DNA of 63,089 nt, counting the filler, from Hyphochytrium catenoides (Eukaryota; Protista; Hyphochytriomycota): the NCBI GenBank assembly GCA_900088475.1. It is 10 parts of 10 records of this genome, joined end to end, with 100 filler letters (N's around TTAATTAATTAA, not from the genome) between each part and the next. Parts side by side here need not be neighbours in the genome. Positions count along the whole stretch, not along the records: positions 5,799 to 34,755 come from FLMG01002525.1; positions 34,856 to 43,986 come from FLMG01003233.1; 8 more parts are not named here. One strand, given 5' to 3'. Numbering within the stretch: position 1 is the stretch's first letter; each line of letters begins with the position of its first letter. A program made the position numbers and the translations under genes. Shown one piece after another: positions 33,771 through 43,986 of this stretch. The notes under the pieces were generated by a model, which saw only the letters and a list, made by a program, of their open reading frames with translations, was not told where the DNA came from and did not search any database.

Positions 33771-34755
33771 TTATAAGCGCGCAGCAGCAGGCGACGACGT
33801 AGTCTTGTGATCATCGGCTTCTTCTAGCTTCTCACCGCCGTAGGTAGTGTCAGTAAAACCATCCACATCTTGGCCCATTGTCTCTGTTCCCGAAAGAAGT
33901 TCATCGGGAAGAATGGCAGAAAACACCACTGCAAAGATCCACATCATCGTTTCCGTCGAGACATCCCAAGCATCCACCATGTAGGGTACCAGGTATGGCC
34001 CAATGATAGCCGCCAGTCTAGTCACTGCAGAGCCCATGGCGCGCATCATAGAAGATAGTTCTCAGGAGTGTAGGCGTAGATAGCGCCCCAGGCTCCCAAA
34101 GTCGAGAACGCTAGAAAGGATCCTGCTGAGATAACAGGACCATCATATTCAGCTGGTACATATCCAAAGGTGATCGACGCCCCCACAGAAAGGAGGAGAA
34201 AGAGCGAAAGACACCACTTTCGGCCAATCTTGTCAATAAGGAAGGCCGCAACCAGATAGCCTGGGATCTGAACTACCGTGATAATGACAACACTCCTGAG
34301 CGAGCTGTTTAGGTTGAAGCCCTTTTTGGCAATTATGGACGGTAGCCACGTAAACACGCCGTAATATGCAAAGCCCATTCCGAACCATAGTACCCACAGC
34401 ATAGTGGTACGCTTGCGATACTCACCGGATAAGAGCATTCTCATCTTACCAGTGAGACTGTACCTTTTGTTATCTGAAGTGGCTTCAGTTGCAGCTCCAG
34501 CAGATTGAAAGTCAAAGGAAAAGGAAGTACTGGAGGAAACAACCCCACATTGCTGCTCGATGGCCGCAACGACAACGTCTGCTTCCTCATGTCTCCCAAC
34601 AGAGGCATGCCATTTGGGAGACTCAGGGATGGCGAAGCGGATCAGAATGGCATAGAAGACTTGTATTGCGCAGATGCCGAACACCCCTCGCCAGCCCAAT
34701 CCGGTGCTCCCTCCTTTATAGGCCAGCAGAGCAGCAAGAATAGTTCCGATGGACC
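33771..34755 (-). pseudogene. MFS transporter (NiaP/SV2-like), C-terminal two thirds, frameshifted; 5' end lost at the scaffold edge
   Basis: Motifs GWR, PESPKW, LWVLWFGMGFAYYG, DKIGRK and YAYTPENY. A 1-bp loss near 34053 (TAT C-T TCT ATG) shifts the frame before MRAMG. Confidence 0.8.
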
Positions 34756-35288
34756 NNNNNNNNNNNNNNNNNNNNNNNNNNNNNNNNNNNNNNNNNNNNT
34801 TAATTAATTAANNNNNNNNNNNNNNNNNNNNNNNNNNNNNNNNNNNNNNNNNNNNTCTCTCTCTCTCTCTCCGTTGGTCTACTATCGTACGTCTCTCGCC
34901 TACGTGCTCTTCCTTATAGTATAAGAGGCAAGAGAAGAGAAGCACGCTGCAAGGGCCTTTGCTGGGAGGAGATTCTCCTTCAACAATCCTCTTCTCTATT
35001 CTGGCGCTCTTCTCTCTCTTCCTCCCTCTCTTCTCTTCTGTCTTCTTGCAACAAACGACCAAAAAAGATCATTATAAAGCTACCCAGGAAACTGCGACCA
35101 AGATTGGCCACCTGAGCTCCTGCTTGCGATCCAGAGAGAGACACATCACAAAGAGAGACACCACGGGGTAGTAAAATAGAAGCGACGACGGAGGCTCCGA
35201 GAAGAAGAACGCTTGCCAAACGAGTATGAGACTGCGATGATGCAAGAAAGAATAACGGAGAGAAAGAGAATAAGAGAAGGGGGAGGGG

Positions 35289-35295
<7 letters not shown>

Positions 35296-35365
<70 letters not shown>
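35296..35365. repeat. Pure (AG)n microsatellite, about 35 units
   Basis: Directly visible. Confidence 0.97.
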
Positions 35366-35368
<3 letters not shown>

Positions 35369-35617
35369 GGTTACTCTCTTCCTCTCATTCCCCCTCTTTG
35401 GCCCCCTATCAACAGTGTTTGTCTATATTTTGAAGCTGCCTTCCAGGCCTCCTCCTGTACTTCGAGGTCAATGTGTTCGACCTTCCCACAGAAAGGGCGG
35501 TTAAGCCTTGGAGAATTAGTTTTTCGGAAGTAAATAACTTCAAAGTAAGGCGGAATAGGATCAGGAACAAGGATACACTAAGACAATCTATTATGATGTC
35601 TGATGAGCAGTGGTCAG

Positions 35618-35981
35618 CCAATCACAGAAGAGATAAGAGGGCTATTTTGGCCTTACAGGCCTCTCATTGGCTAGCGGTCAATCGTCAGTCCAACCTGATT
35701 GGCTGGAGCTTTGATATCCAAAGCTTTGGGCAATGGAGGGCCATCCCATCAACACCGGCGGGTGGGGATTTCACAATCCGTGATATAAACGTCAGGGATG
35801 GGTAGGCCAATTAGGCAAAGTTGGGCCTGGCTCGTAAGATCTTGGAAAGTTGTGCTACCTGCAGGTCATCCGAAGAGACGCAGGGAGCATCTTCTTCTCC
35901 TTCTTTCTCTCTCTCTTTCTGTCTCTGTCTCTCTCTCTCTCTCTCTCTCTGTCTCGCTCTCTCTGTCTCTCTCTCTGTCTC

Positions 35982-36051
<70 letters not shown>

Positions 36052-36720
36052 CCTCCTCTCTCTCTCCCCCTCCTCTCTCTCTCTCTCTCTCTTTCTTTCC
36101 TTCTTCTCTCTCTCTCCCTGGCTCTCTTTTCTGCTCTCAATGTCACCCTCATCTTCTTTCTTTCTCAGTCGTTCGTTATTTCTGTCTCTTTCCGTCGCCA
36201 ATCACTCTCGTGATTTCTCAACTCTTTTCCCCTTTCTCTCTCTCCTCTGTCATCCATCATTGAGGGCACGTCACTTTGTACGGGCAGAATGACTTTTCTC
36301 TCCTTTTTTTGCCCTTTGCATCCTTTGCTCTTTCCTTGCCATCCCACCCCACTCTCCTCTTTTCTCTCTTTCTCTCTCTCTCTCCCCTGTTTTCTTCTCT
36401 CTCTCTCCAATCTCAAGGGCTACACGGCTCAAAGTTGTCCGGATTCTGACGGGAAAGAGAGAGAGACAACCCCCGCAGCACGAAAGGAGAGACACAGAAC
36501 AAGGACTGGGAAAGAGAGAGAATGTGAGAAATCAGTTGCTCCGCACTTGCCCCAAGGGGCAGAAGAGAGGATGACGGTGCCTTCTCGGCCAATCCTGTCT
36601 CTCTCTCTTGCTCTCTCTCCCTCTGCGTCGTTGAGATTACACATCCCGTCAGTCGTGCTTCCTCGTCCGCTTGCTCTATGAGTAATCTATTGCATCGTCA
36701 GAGGTGACCAATGACGAGAG

Positions 36721-36754
<34 letters not shown>

Positions 36755-36843
36755 TCGTTTTCTTTTCTCTCTTGCGTTCCCCTTTCTGTCTTTTTTCCTA
36801 AGCGTGAGGCTGAAAGGGCAAAGAATCTTTCGTGCTCACGTCA
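35618..36843. promoter_or_regulatory. Candidate regulatory region upstream of nitrate reductase with clustered CCAAT boxes and TGACG half-sites
   Basis: CCAAT/ATTGG at 35618, 35666, 35698, 35807, 36198, 36589 and 36708. TGACG/CGTCA at 35683, 35790, 36269, 36447, 36572, 36647, 36696, 36712 and 36839. Confidence 0.5.
35905..36120. repeat. Long (CT)n microsatellite
   Basis: Directly visible. Confidence 0.97.
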
Positions 36844-37267
36844 GATCTGATCTGGCGGAGGATGAGGATGATATGAGGAAAGATAAAGGGAAGAAAACGA
36901 GAGATCAAGGAGAGAGAGAGAGAGAGAGAGAGAATAGGAGCCAGGACACGAGCATACAGGAGAGACCGTAGAGAGAGGAGAACGAGAGCCGACAGCTCAG
37001 AAAGCCAAAGTCTGGGTCTCTCTTTCTCTCTCTCTCTCTTTTCCCAGTCTTTCCAACAAGAGGCCCATCTCTCAATCGTCTCTCTTCTCTTTTTTTGTCT
37101 TGTCTTTCACTCATATTGAAATCTTCACTCTTCATCAAAGATAGAACGGTTGTCCTTCTCTCTTCCTATCGCCCACGTGAGAGAGGGTTACTTCTACAGA
37201 CCAAGAGAAAGAGAAAGAGAGAGAGAGAGAGAGAAGGCAAGCCTGAGAGACAAGGGGCAAGATAAAA

Positions 37268-40200
37268 ATGACTCTTCTCTCTGTCTCAGCGTCTCCTCCT
37301 TCTGATCTTGCGCCAACTGAAAGAGATGAACTACCTGAGACAAGGAGAGAGAAACTCAATCAGATTCTCTCTCTCCCTCCATCTTCTTCTCTCTCCCCGC
37401 GCAGGATAGAAGATGATCAGACGACAGAGGACTCTTCCTCCAGCAGCGGAGACACTAGTTCGCCGCGTCTTCTCTCTTCTTCCTCATCTACTACGTCTCT
37501 TCTTTCTTCCCTTCCTCTCTCCGAATCTCTTCCGTATCAACCGATAGCTGGCTCCTTCTCTCCCTCTGAATCCTCTCTTTCTCTCGCTCTTCAAAACAAA
37601 AAAGAGGAGGGAGAGAAAGACGAGCAGGGAGAAGAGAGCGAAAGAACTCCTTCTTCTTCTCTCTCTCTCCTTCCACCGTCGCATCTCTCCACTGAGGTAG
37701 ATCCCCGTGATAGAAATACTCCTGATAATTGGGTCCCTCGCCATCCAGAGCTGATCCGCTTGACAGGGAAACATCCTTTCAACTGTGAGCCTCCTCTCTC
37801 TCTCCTCTACGCGCATGGCTTTCTCTCTCCTCTCTCTCTCCACTACGTGAGAAACCATGGTGCTGTGCCTAAGATTGACTGGGACACGCACAAGCTACGG
37901 ATCGTGGGCTGCAAAGGGAGAGGAGAGAAGAAGAGAGAAGGAGAAGAGACAGTTGTTGAACTCTCAATGAAAGAGATAACCTCTCTCTTTCCTCTCGTCT
38001 CTCTCCCGGTCACCCTCGTATGCGCAGGAAACAGAAGGAAAGAGCAGAACATGGTGAGACAGAGCAAAGGCTTCTCCTGGGGCGCCGCTGCTGTCAGTAC
38101 AAATGTATGGACTGGCGTGCGTCTTTCTTCTCTCCTGGAATATGCGGGAGGCGTGGATCTCTCTCTCTCTCGCTTTGTCTCTTTCGAAGGAGACGACTCT
38201 CTCCCTAAAGGAAAGTATGGCACTTGCATTGATATAGGAAAGGCCATAGATCCTTTCGGAGACGTCCTTATCGCTTTTCTCCAGAATGGAGAGAGACTCT
38301 CTCCTGATCATGGCTTTCCTCTCCGTGTTATTATTCCTGGATGGATAGGAGGAAGAATGGTGAAGTGGCTGAAAGAGATACGAGTCTCTTCTTCTTCCTC
38401 TCTCTCCTATTATCATTTCTATGACAATCGCATTCTTCCCTCTCATGTTCTCTCTCTCGATCAGGCAGAGAGAGAAGGATGGTGGCAAAAGCCGGACTTT
38501 CTCTTCAATGAGCTTAACATTAACTCGGCCATTGTCTACCCAGAACAGGGAGAGACTCTCCTTCTCACTGAGAAGAAAAAGGAAAGAGAGAGAAGAAGAG
38601 AGAGAAAGAGAGAAGAAGAAGAGAGCAGAGGAGGAGAAGAGAGAAGAAAGGACGAAGACGAGGAGGCGTTCTACACTGTTAAGGGCTATGCCTATTCAGG
38701 AGGAGGAAGAAAGGTGACGAGAGTAGAAGTCTCTCTTGACGGAGGAGAGACATGGAGAAACTGCACGTTGGACCATCCAGAAGAGAGACTCTCTCTCGCG
38801 CCTTCCTATGGCCGCTACTGGTGCTGGTGCTTCTGGACTCTCTCTCTCTCGAGGGAGGACCTTCTCCTCTGTGCCCTAGGTGGAGAGACAAGCGGAGGAA
38901 GAAGAGAGAGGGGAGAGAGAAGGAGAGAGAGAGACATTCGTGTACGTGCTTGGGATGCCGCGAACAATCGTCAGCCTTCCTCTTTTGCCTGGAATTTGTT
39001 AGGAATGGGAAACAACTGCGAGTACAAAGTGAAGGTTCTCTCCTCTCTTGACCCCGAAGGGCGGCTCATCCTTAGGTTCCAGCATCCAACAGTGCCTGGA
39101 CCAGGAAAGGGAGGATGGATGGAAGAAGAGGAGGAAGAGAGAGGAGAGAGAGAAAAGAAAGAAGGAGAAGAGAAGAAAGAGAGAAAGGATAAAGAGAAGA
39201 GCAATGCAGGAGAGAGAAGAGACACACCAACAGCAACAACGCGCATCACTGGAGTGGAAGAGAGAGAAAAAAAGAAGGAGAAGAGACTCTTCTCTCGGAA
39301 GGAGGTTGCACGGCATAACACGGAGAAAGACTGCTGGATTATAGTGAGAGAGAGAGTGTACGACTGCACTCCCTTTCTCTCTCTCCACCCTGGCGGCGTC
39401 TCTTCCATCACCATGAACGCGGGAGAAGACTGCACAGAAGACTTTGAAGCCATTCATTCCTCCAAAGCCTGGACAATGTTAGAGGAATACTACGTGGGAG
39501 ACGTGGAAGAGAGAGAAGAAGAAGAAGTCCAAGAACGAGTAGAAAAGGGAGAGAGAACAGAAGAGAGAGCAGAGGAAGAGGAGAAGAGAGAGTGCTTCCT
39601 CAACCCTAAGAAGTGGCTCTCTTCATCTCTCGTAGAGAGAGAAGAACTTTCTCCTGACACTCTTCGCCTTCGTTTCTCTCTTGAGCATCCAGAGCAGAAG
39701 TTTGGCCTACCAGTGGGGCATCACGTTCTTATCAAGCCGTCGTCGTCTTCTCTCTCTTCTTCTCCATCCGAGAGTCTCTCTCTCTCTCCTGCGTCCTCTG
39801 TCTCGGCTCCTCCTATGGTTATAAGGGCGTATACGCCTACCTCGTCACCCTCTTCCTCGGGACACTTTGAGCTGGTGGTGAAAGTCTATCGTCCTCTTCT
39901 TCCTCTCTTTCCTCAGGGAGGACTTCTCTCTCAACATCTCTCTTCTCTCTCTCTCGGAGAGAGCATCAAGGTCAAAGGTCCCATTGGCCACTTTGAATAC
40001 CTTGGAAGACAAGGAGAAAGAAGAGAAGAGGAGGATGAACAGGAGAAAGAAGACAAGAGAGAGAGAAGGAGAGAGAGACCAGGAGATGCTAGTGGAGGAG
40101 AGTACATTTTGCATGGGAAGAGAGGAAGAGTAAGACGGTTTGGCTTTCTGTGTGCGGGCAGCGGCATCACTCCGGCCTTTCAGATCATAAGAGAGATACT

Positions 40201-40702
40201 AGGAGAGAAAGGAGCAAAAAGAGAAGGAGAGAGAAGAGAAGACGCCAAAGGAGGAGAGAAAGAAGTAGAAGAAGAAGATGACATCGCGGTCCGGCTTATC
40301 TATGGAAATAGGAGAGAAGAAGACATTCTCCTTAGGAAAGAACTCGAAGATCTCGCAGAGAAACATAGAGAGAGGTTTCATCTCTGGTTCACTCTCTCTT
40401 CCCCGCCATCTCTCTCTCCTCCTCACTCCTCTCCAAGCGGCAAAGGGGAGAGACAAGCAACAAGAGAAGCAGAAGAAGAGAGAGAAGAGAGACTTATGAT
40501 AGAGAGAGACTCTCTTCCTCCTGTGCCCTGGCCCTATGGGAGAGGGAGAGTGGACAGGGAGATGATCTTTCGTCATCTCTTTAATCCGAGAGAGAGAGAC
40601 GTCTTGGTTGGGATCTGTGGGCCGGAGGGGATGGTTCAGGGCACCTGCATCCCTAGCCTTAAGGCCCTGGGATATTCTGAGGAACAATACTTTGTCTTTT
40701 AG
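37268..40702 (+). CDS. NIA: Assimilatory nitrate reductase (Moco, dimerisation, cytochrome b5, FAD and NAD(P)H domains), intronless, 1144 aa
   Basis: RLTGKHPFNCEPP, HYVRNHG, CAGNRRKE (Mo-ligand Cys), DHGFPLR...GGRMVKWL, GYAYSGGG, b5 HPGG and AIHS, GLPVG, RAYTP, GSGITP, CGP and a terminal Phe. Confidence 0.97.
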   Translation: MTLLSVSASPPSDLAPTERDELPETRREKLNQILSLPPSSSLSPRRIEDDQTTEDSSSSSGDTSSPRLLSSSSSTTSLLSSLPLSESLPYQPIAGSFSPSESSLSLALQNKKEEGEKDEQGEESERTPSSSLSLLPPSHLSTEVDPRDRNTPDNWVPRHPELIRLTGKHPFNCEPPLSLLYAHGFLSPLSLHYVRNHGAVPKIDWDTHKLRIVGCKGRGEKKREGEETVVELSMKEITSLFPLVSLPVTLVCAGNRRKEQNMVRQSKGFSWGAAAVSTNVWTGVRLSSLLEYAGGVDLSLSRFVSFEGDDSLPKGKYGTCIDIGKAIDPFGDVLIAFLQNGERLSPDHGFPLRVIIPGWIGGRMVKWLKEIRVSSSSSLSYYHFYDNRILPSHVLSLDQAEREGWWQKPDFLFNELNINSAIVYPEQGETLLLTEKKKERERRRERKREEEESRGGEERRKDEDEEAFYTVKGYAYSGGGRKVTRVEVSLDGGETWRNCTLDHPEERLSLAPSYGRYWCWCFWTLSLSREDLLLCALGGETSGGRRERGERRRERDIRVRAWDAANNRQPSSFAWNLLGMGNNCEYKVKVLSSLDPEGRLILRFQHPTVPGPGKGGWMEEEEEERGEREKKEGEEKKERKDKEKSNAGERRDTPTATTRITGVEEREKKKEKRLFSRKEVARHNTEKDCWIIVRERVYDCTPFLSLHPGGVSSITMNAGEDCTEDFEAIHSSKAWTMLEEYYVGDVEEREEEEVQERVEKGERTEERAEEEEKRECFLNPKKWLSSSLVEREELSPDTLRLRFSLEHPEQKFGLPVGHHVLIKPSSSSLSSSPSESLSLSPASSVSAPPMVIRAYTPTSSPSSSGHFELVVKVYRPLLPLFPQGGLLSQHLSSLSLGESIKVKGPIGHFEYLGRQGERREEEDEQEKEDKRERRRERPGDASGGEYILHGKRGRVRRFGFLCAGSGITPAFQIIREILGEKGAKREGERREDAKGGEKEVEEEDDIAVRLIYGNRREEDILLRKELEDLAEKHRERFHLWFTLSSPPSLSPPHSSPSGKGERQATREAEEEREERLMIERDSLPPVPWPYGRGRVDREMIFRHLFNPRERDVLVGICGPEGMVQGTCIPSLKALGYSEEQYFVF

Positions 40703-41306
40703 ACCCCAGCGACGAAAAGAGAGAGAGAGAGAGAGAGAATTAAGACCTTGAACTAAAGACTAACAAAACCCTAAGATCATGGCAACTCTGGCGCCTTCGA
40801 CTTCTCTCTCCCTCTCTTGTTGCCTAAAAGCATGTCTTGCTGGTTTCTTAAGAGCTCTTTCTCTTCATTTTTTCTTTTCTCTCTTCTTAGCATTTTCCTC
40901 TCGCTCCTCCAGTGTTGGTGATGCTTAGACCATAGACCCTCTCTCTCACTTTTCGGTGTCTGATCTCTCTGTCTCTCTCTCTCCTCTTTGTCTCTCATTC
41001 TCTTCTTCTCTTTTTTTTCGATGTCACTGCTCCCTGCACGTTGGGCCCCCTTCTCCACCCCTTATCTTCTTCTCTCTTTCTTCCGTCTTTCTCCATTCTC
41101 CATCCCCCCATTCCCATATTCTGTCCTTCTCTCTCTCTCTCCCAACTCTCTCTCACCTCTCTCTTTCTCTCTCTCTCTCTCTCTCTTCTCCTCTCCTCTC
41201 TCTCTCTCTCTCGCTTTGCTTCTGTGTCTCTCTCTTCTGCGGTTAGACGCCGTAGCTTGCCTATATTTCGGCTAAGTCGCTGCAGATCCCAGTCTGTGGA
41301 AAGAGC

Positions 41307-41347
<41 letters not shown>

Positions 41348-41579
41348 TGTATTCGTAGTAGGGAGAAGGAGAGACAGAGAGGAGAAAGGCAACAAGTGGG
41401 TGAAGAGAGAGAGAAGCCAAAAGTGAGGAGAAGAAGAGAGCGTACAAGGCAGAGAGAGAGAGAGATGGCAGGATCATAGGAGAGGAATATGTACTGAAAG
41501 AGGTAATGGAAGGAGGAGGGGCGATACCCTTTTAGCTCAAACAGTAGTTAACATTACAAAAACATTTTTATCTGTCTCC

Positions 41580-41633
<54 letters not shown>

Positions 41634-41682
41634 TCTTTTCTCTCTCTTTCTCTCTCTCTCTTTCTTTCTGCCCTCTTCGTCT

Positions 41683-43218
41683 CTACTGTTGCTGATGAAG
41701 CACGTTGACTACCCATCCAATGACAATGACAGCGGGAGCCTCAATCTTCTCTCTCTCTCCCACCTCGACCATCTCTCCCACCGTGGTACGAACTACTCTC
41801 TGCTGAGGAGAGGAGGCTTTCTCTATAAAAGCCACAGGGAGAGAGAGAGGGTAAGAAGAAGAGAGAAGGCTTTCCGAGAGAGAAAAAAGTCTTCCTACCG
41901 CCATCAGCATCACCAGCGTTCTCTTCTCTTCATATTGCGGGGGAGAGAGAGAGAGAGAGTTGTCTCTTCCGTGTCCAGTGGCCACAAGCACCTGACTTGC
42001 TACTCCTCTCATGGTAAGAGGAATGCCAGCGAGGAGAGGGGCAGAGAGAGAAGAAGAGAGACCAGGAATGACGGCGGGAGAGAAGCCTCTCTCTCTATAG
42101 GTCAACACTTCTTCTCCTCCTCTTCCAAAGATGAAAGGATCGCCACTCTTTAGCCTAACAACATTCAGTCCTCTCTCCGCAGCAGAGAGAGAGACTTCAT
42201 CCAATTCTTTCTGAGCTTTGGCGGCACATCCGGGCCATTTCTTGGAGAGAAACAGTTCCCCCCGAACGAGAGAGAGAAGAGAAGGAGAGAGAGAGAGAAG
42301 TCTGTCGGCAACGACTAAGTCTGCGGTTCGAATGGCACGAAGAGCAGAGAGAGAGAGATGGTCAATGGCTCCTGGTCCTGCGCCAACCAGAGTGATAGTT
42401 CCCCTAAGCTTTCTGCGGCGACGTGGAGGTTGAGAGGTGGGAGAGAGACAGGGAAAGAGAGAGCAAGAGGGAGGAGACAGAGGCAGGGGAGAGACAGGAG
42501 GAGGGAGAGAAGAAGTGACTTCCTCTCCTCTTCTCTTGTTTCTTTCTTCCTCCTCTGCCAATGATGACAGAGAAGAAGAGAAGGGAGAAAGCGGTAGTCG
42601 CCCTGCCTCCTCTTTCTCTCTTTTCTTCTCCGCCTCGTTACTCTGTTTTCCTCTTTGCTCTGTCTCTTCCTCTTCGTTGTGAGGCACCGCAGCTCTCTTT
42701 CTCTCCTCTTCTCCCCTGTATGAGAAGAGACTCTCATAATCTTCGACAAGAGAGAGAAGACGCGACCGTTCCTCTTCTTCTTCTCTCTCCTCTCCTTCTT
42801 CCCCTGTTCCCCAGAAGCTCTCAGAGAGAGAGAGGTCGCTATCTTCGGGCTGGTCTCTGATAGCGACAAGCGACTTTCTCTTTCTTCTTCCGTCTTCTTC
42901 TTCTCTCTCCTGGTAGAGGGAGTAGCTTGCTTTGCTTACGAAGACCTGAAGGAAATATGTTGGCGTCCTCTCTCTCTCTCTTTCCAGAGAGTCAGTTTTG
43001 TCTCGTCGTCGCCTTCTCTCTTCTTCCTTTCCTAGCAGTTGTACATGGCAGATCGCTCCGTTCTCTCTCTCCAAAATGCTGAAGAGAGAAGAGATGATCT
43101 TCAAGTCTCTCTCTCTCCCTTTCACGCCTAACAGCAGCACGTCTCTCTTCTCCAGCTTAAGATTGCAGGAGAGCGCCGAAGGAGGAGGAAGTGCGGGGGA
43201 GGAAGGCGTCAGTGGCAT
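41683..43218 (-). CDS. Uroporphyrinogen-III C-methyltransferase (SUMT; Met1/UPM1/CysG-type tetrapyrrole methylase), intronless, 511 aa
   Basis: LVGAGPG, ADLVVADRL, VVRLKSGDPFIFGRGGEE, PGLSSSL, GIPLT, ATGHG, TLVMLM and PAVIVIG. Confidence 0.93.
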   Translation of the reverse strand: MPLTPSSPALPPPSALSCNLKLEKRDVLLLGVKGRERDLKIISSLFSILERENGAICHVQLLGKEEERRRRRDKTDSLERERERTPTYFLQVFVSKASYSLYQEREEEDGRRKRKSLVAIRDQPEDSDLSLSESFWGTGEEGEEREEEEERSRLLSLVEDYESLFSYRGEEERKRAAVPHNEEEETEQRGKQSNEAEKKREKEEAGRLPLSPFSSSLSSLAEEEERNKRRGEEVTSSLPPPVSPLPLSPPSCSLFPCLSPTSQPPRRRRKLRGTITLVGAGPGAIDHLSLSALRAIRTADLVVADRLLSLSPSLLSLVRGELFLSKKWPGCAAKAQKELDEVSLSAAERGLNVVRLKSGDPFIFGRGGEEVLTYRERGFSPAVIPGLSSSLSAPLLAGIPLTMRGVASQVLVATGHGRDNSLSLSPPQYEEKRTLVMLMAVGRLFSLSESLLSSSYPLSLPVAFIEKASSPQQRVVRTTVGEMVEVGEREKIEAPAVIVIGWVVNVLHQQQ

Positions 43219-43240
43219 AGTTGAGATCTATTCTCCCGTC

Positions 43241-43282
<42 letters not shown>

Positions 43283-43819
43283 CTCTTTCTCTTTGTGCGT
43301 AAGGACTGTTTGTCGCAGTGCATGAGATGGACGGAGAATGAATGCAAATGAAGAAGTGAAAAGCGCAAAGAATGATCCTTTCTCTCTTCTCTTTTGCTTT
43401 TTCTCTCTCTCTGCTGTCGCTTCATGAAATCAGCGTCATGGACCTGATACTATGAGAGAGAGAGAAAGTGAAGAGAATCGCGTTGTCACGAGCTCTCAAA
43501 GGAGAGAGAAGAGATTCGGATGAAGAGAGAAAGAGAGGAGACAAGTAGATGCATTGTGCGAGAGCGAGAGAGACTTGAGATCTCTAGTGTGTCACATTTT
43601 TAGGGACTTCGCTAAGTTGTCTTCCTCCTCTGATCCCTCCCTAGTATGCTCTCTCCTCTCTCTCAGCTCACCTGTCTCTCCCTTCTTACACCTTTACTTC
43701 CCGTCTCTCTGATGACTAACTCTCTCTCCCTTTCCCCTCTGACTTAATCTCCCGCTTCTCTCTCTGACATCCTCTCCCACTTCCACCTCCCCCTGTTCTC
43801 CTTCCCTCTCTGTTCCGCT

Positions 43820-43823
43820 CTCT

Positions 43824-43858
<35 letters not shown>

Positions 43859-43904
43859 CTCTCTCTTTCTCTTCTCTCTTTCTCCTTCTCTCTCTCTTTC
43901 TCTT

Positions 43905-43953
<49 letters not shown>

Positions 43954-43986
43954 TTCTCTTCTCTCTTTCTCTTCTCTCTCTCTTTT
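43820..43986. repeat. Polypyrimidine (CT)n tract at the scaffold end
   Basis: Directly visible. Confidence 0.95.

Noticed and set aside
34856-35280. Possible end of a nitrate transporter or nitrite reductase gene at the scaffold edge
   Set aside because: The frames I translated give short hydrophobic peptides with no NRT2 or NiR motif.
35798-36292. Numerous SLSLSL and RERERE ORFs in the ORF track (also near 4900, 6800, 41000, 44800 and 58000-61000)
   Set aside because: These are translations of CT/GA microsatellites, which lack stop codons. There is no coding evidence.
29168-43218. Ferric reductase, MFS, nitrate reductase and SUMT as one iron/nitrate cluster
   Set aside because: A linker at 34756-34855 separates the scaffolds, so the adjacency is artificial. 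The MFS is not NRT2-like.
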